A stretch of 64,000 nucleotides of DNA, from the NCBI RefSeq assembly GCF_009914755.1, contig NC_060927.1; one strand, written 5' to 3'. Source of the DNA: the human T2T-CHM13v2.0 reference genome, Homo sapiens. Shown here piece by piece: positions 59,932-64,000 of the stretch. Position 1 is the first letter of the stretch; each line of letters opens with the position of its first letter. The notes under the pieces were generated by a model. The model had not been told where the DNA came from. It searched no databases and worked only from the letters and a program-made list of their open reading frames with translations. The position numbers and the translations under genes are program-made.

Positions 59932-60008
59932 ATATATAGTTATGTGTATATATATATAATATATAAAATGTTGTATATATAATATATAAAATGTATATAT
60001 ATATATAA
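59932..60008. repeat. Imperfect (TA)n low-complexity tract
   Basis: Direct read. Confidence 0.85.
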
Positions 60009-61254
60009 AGTTGTAGATTTATACCATTAAATTCCATTCTTTTTCTTTTTGCAGAAATATCATTTGTAAAGGTCAGATTTCTCACTGTTTATAAGATTAG
60101 ACTTGTTTTAAAGTTTATTTTTATGCTATAAAACTATCACTTTGCTAAATGAAAGAAAGGTAAAAAACAAAATTTTAAGTAACTATAAACTACTTAGGAA
60201 GGAAAAATATTTGTCAGTTTCGTAGAACCTACTTACAAAAAAGCAGTTGAATTATTTGTATCTCCTTATTAAATAGTTGCCTGAAAGACTGCAAGTTTTA
60301 ATCCATTTTTTGTTACTATTGAGATTACTACATGCACTTAAAAATAATAAAACTACATTTTTAAGGTTTTTTTCCAAAACTAAATTTTTCATTTATTAAG
60401 ATTTTGTCTTTTACTTCTTTGTAATAGAATTAGTGACTTTTTTCAAAATGAACAAAATAAATCATATTTTAAAAATTTAAATAAAATGAGTTATCAATAT
60501 GAAGCTAAATTTCAAACCAAGATAAATATTTACAACATTGTAATGGTAATTATTCTAGATCTAAGATATTTGAAGCTAATCCAGGACATCAAGTAAAAAG
60601 GTCACTTAGGAGGCTACCTGAAGTTACAGAATATGTCAGAAAGATTCCCTGGGCCCAACTGATCCAGGAGAAGCATTACCTGACCATTGAAATATCAATT
60701 GCAGCCCACAAAAGGACATGGATGCTATTTATTATACATCATTTTCTTAAAATATCTTTAACAACAACAATAAGTTATGCATTATTAGAAAATCTTATAA
60801 AACAATTTGGTGTATTTACATCTCTAATGCTAAATTTATATATACACAGAGAGAGAGAGAGAGAGGAAAAAAATACCAGAACAAGGTTAAAGAATGACTG
60901 TTTTATAGACTGTGGTTAGTAACCATTTGGAAAGAAAAAAATAAAACTTTTTTTTTAACAAGAGGGGCAGCGGTGCTGGGGATGTGGCACAAAGTATTAT
61001 AAAAGTATTATTATCAAATATTTTATAATTTATCTTAAAAGTTAAATGTAATTTTAAGAAAGTACCATTTTACTTAGTAGATTGTGTATATTCAGAACTC
61101 ATGTCCAAAATATGTGACACTAATTAGATATATAAACAAATGGAAAGACTAGGATAACCCACTATCATCGCTATTAGTATTATTGTTCTGGAAGTGTTAT
61201 CCAATGCAATTAGAAGAAAAGAAAAGTGTAAAAATGGAAAGAAAAATAAAAGTA

Positions 61255-61430
61255 AGCCAGGTGTGGTGGCTCACACCTCTAATCCCAGCACTTTGGGAGG
61301 CCAAGATGGGTGGATTACAAGGTCAGGAGTTCAAGACCAGCCTGACCAACATGCAGAATCCCCGTCTCTACTAAAAATACAAAAAAAAAAAAAATTAGTT
61401 GGGCATGGTGGCTCATGCCTGTAATCCCAG
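61255..61430 (+). mobile_element. AluS (Sg-like) truncated in the right arm
   Basis: Left arm, expanded middle A-run and only ~35 bp of the right arm, ending at cctgtaatcccag. Confidence 0.9.
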
Positions 61431-61716
61431 GTATCTTCCAGACTGCAGTGCAAAAAGGGACAACCCAAACAGACCCTGGTCATTTCACTTAGTCAAAGAG
61501 ACAAAAATAAGATTTGAGGAGGCTGAGGTCCCAGCAATTTTCAAAGTAGAGTATCAAAAAGTAGGATTTGCATACAGAGAGAACAATGGAGATTTGCAAA
61601 AGGTTCTCCTCAAGTCTATAGGTTCTCCTCAAGTCTATAGCTGGAAATAGCTGGAAATAAATGGTGTTCCACCAGCCAGTGTGAGAAGGCCTGTTAATAC
61701 ATCAGTAGTACATAGG

Positions 61717-61733
61717 TACTACTAAGCCTATAT

Positions 61734-61799
<66 letters not shown>

Positions 61800-62024
61800 G
61801 ACTATAGACCTCTTACTACTCTATCAGAGCAGTAAGTAGTAAAATTCATTAAAATCACTACTAAGCCTATATACCATATATATATATATATATATATATA
61901 TACATGCCTATATACCTCTTACTACTCTATCAGGTAGAGCGGTAAGTAGTAAAATTCATTAAAATCACTACTAATCTTACTACTCTATCAGTAGAGTAGT
62001 AAGAGGTACATAGGCTTAGTAGTA
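61717..62024. repeat. Complex tandem plus inverted repeat with embedded (TA)n tracts
   Basis: Units start at ~61718, ~61857 and ~61967 (actactaa...tcttactactctatcag). A perfect 13-bp hairpin lies at 61975-62004. Confidence 0.9.
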
Positions 62025-62089
62025 GGATTAAATTTGCCATAGGTTAAGACTGATTTAGACCCACCCTAACAAAGCTTAAAAAACAAGCC

Positions 62090-64000
62090 TGATTGATACT
62101 ACTCGATTTTAAGATGGTATAAAGCTACAATAATAAGACAGTGTGGTATTGGAGAGTAAATAGACAAACATATCAATGGAACAGAATAGAGAGCCCAGAT
62201 ATAGACCCACATAAATATAGTCAACTGATCTTTGACAAAGGGGAAACTGCAATACAATAAAGAAAAGGTCATTTGTTTTAATGAATAGTTCTGGGAAAAC
62301 TAGACACCCATGTGCAAAGAAATGAATCTGTATACAGACTTTACACCCTTCACAAAAATTAACTGAAATTGGATCACATGCCTAAATGTAACATGCGAAA
62401 CTGTAAAACTCATAGAAGTTAACACAGTAGAAAGTCTAAATGACCTTGGATTTGGCAATGACATTTTAGATAATGAAACCAAAAGACACAATTCATGAAT
62501 AAGAAAGTTGACAAAGTGGATTTCATTAAAATTAAAAATTTCTGTTCTGTGAAAGATAATGTCAAGAAAATTAAAAACAAGCTACAGACTGGGATAAAAT
62601 ATTTGCAAAAGACATGTCTGTCTGACAAAGGACTGCTATCCAAAATGTACAAAGAACCCTTAAATCTCAACAATAATAACAACCCAATTAGAAAATGGGC
62701 CAAAGACCTTAAAATACATCTCACCAAAGAAGACATATAGATGGTGTCTTAGTTTGTTTCAGCCGCTATAACAAAAATACTGTAAACTGGGTGGGTTATA
62801 AACAACTGTTAGTTAATTTATGTCTCACAGTTCTGGGGGCTGGGAAGTTCAAGATCAAGGCTCCAGTAGATTCAGGGTCTGGTGAGGGCCCGATTTCTGG
62901 TTTTTCATGTTGACTTCTCACCGTGTCCTAACATGGTGGAAGAAACAAGGCTGCTTTCTGGGACCTCTTTAATAGGGGCATTAACCCCATTTGTGATGTC
63001 CCTGCCCTTATGACCTAATCATCTCCCAAATGCCCCACATTCTATTACCAACATATTGGTGAATAGGTTTCAAAATTCTAGGGAAATACAAATATTCAAA
63101 CCATAGCAGATAGCAAAGAAGCATGTGAAAAAATCATCCATATCATATGTCATGAAGGAAATGCACATTAAAACAATGAGACATCACTACATACCTATTA
63201 GAATGGTGAAAATGAAGAACACTGACAACATCAAATGCTGACAAGGATGTGGGATGAACAGAGTTCTCTTTTACTGCTATGGAAAAGAAAAATGGTATAG
63301 CTACTTAGGAAGATGATTTAACAGGTTTGAGGGTTGGACTTTTTTTTTTGGTTTGATTGGTTTTTACAAAACTAAATATACTCTTACTATACAATCCAGT
63401 AATCATGCTCACACAAAAATCTATATGCAAATGTTTATAGCAGCTTTATTTATTATTGCTAAGACTTGGAACCAACAAACGCTCTTCAGTAGGTGAATGA
63501 ACAAATGAATTGTGGTACTTCCAGACAATGGAATATTATTCAGCATTAAAAATAAAGGAGCTATCAAACTATGAAAAGATGATGTATCTTAAATGCATAT
63601 TATCAAGTGAGAGAACTCAGTCTGAAAGGCTACATACGATATGCTTCCAACTATATAACATTCTGGAAAATGCAAAACTATGGATACAGTAAAAAGATCA
63701 GTGATTACCAGGAGTTAGGGGAGAAAAGACGAATAGGTGGAGCACAGAGGATTTTTAAGTTAATTAAACTATTTGGTATAATACTATAATTGGGGATACA
63801 TATTATACATTTGTTCAAATCCATAAAATGCGCAACACCAGGAGTGAGCTGTAATGTAAACTATGGTTTTTGAGGGATAGTGATGTGTCAGTGTAGGTTG
63901 TTAAAATTTAACAAATATATCACCCTGGCTGGGGACATTGATAATGGGGGAAGCTATGCATGTGTGGTGGTAGAAAGTACATGGGAAATCTCTGTACCTT
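62090..64000 (+). mobile_element. L1MC1-like ORF2 3' region and 3'UTR, split by MLT1A
   Basis: ORF 62495-62740 KVDFIKIKNFCSVKD...SDKGLLSKMYKE and the 3'UTR taatgtaaactatgg...atgggaaatctctgtacctt. Confidence 0.85.
62745..63108 (-). mobile_element. MaLR solo LTR MLT1A0-like with 5-bp TSD GATGG/GATAG
   Basis: tgtcttagt...cacagttctgggggctgggaagttcaagatcaagg...ttcaaaccatagca. TSD at 62740-44 and 63109-13, one mismatch. Confidence 0.9.

Noticed and set aside
60575-60725. GC-richer patch with a minus-strand donor-like CAG|GTAATG
   Set aside because: No convincing acceptor or coding frame, so an exon cannot be supported.

Overview
Primate (most likely human or great-ape) genomic DNA. It is AT-rich and CpG-depleted, with no CpG island, and I found no credible host protein-coding exon or RNA gene, so it reads as intergenic or deep intronic. 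Roughly 60% is transposable-element-derived (visual estimate). The main elements are: (1) a two-LTR HERV9/ERV9 (LTR12) provirus at 41607-49417, with a tRNA-Arg PBS, disabled gag/pro/pol, no integrase, a second non-HERV9 (HERV-I-like) RNase H remnant and an open env TM frame, inserted into a Charlie1 DNA-transposon relic; (2) a 4.6-kb L1PA4/5-like element with a twin-priming 5' inversion (33911-38534); (3) a young 5'-truncated L1PA2-like insertion (50726-51852); (4) a solo LTR12 inside a composite LTR/L1 deletion junction. There are also many older L1M, Alu/FLAM, MIR, L2, MaLR/ERVL LTR, Tigger and MADE1 copies. I did not find convincing evidence of a new biological system. The most notable signals are the mosaic provirus, LTR enhancer copy-number asymmetry, and several template-switch or repair scars. 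Subfamily names come from my recall of consensus sequences and need RepeatMasker/Dfam confirmation.
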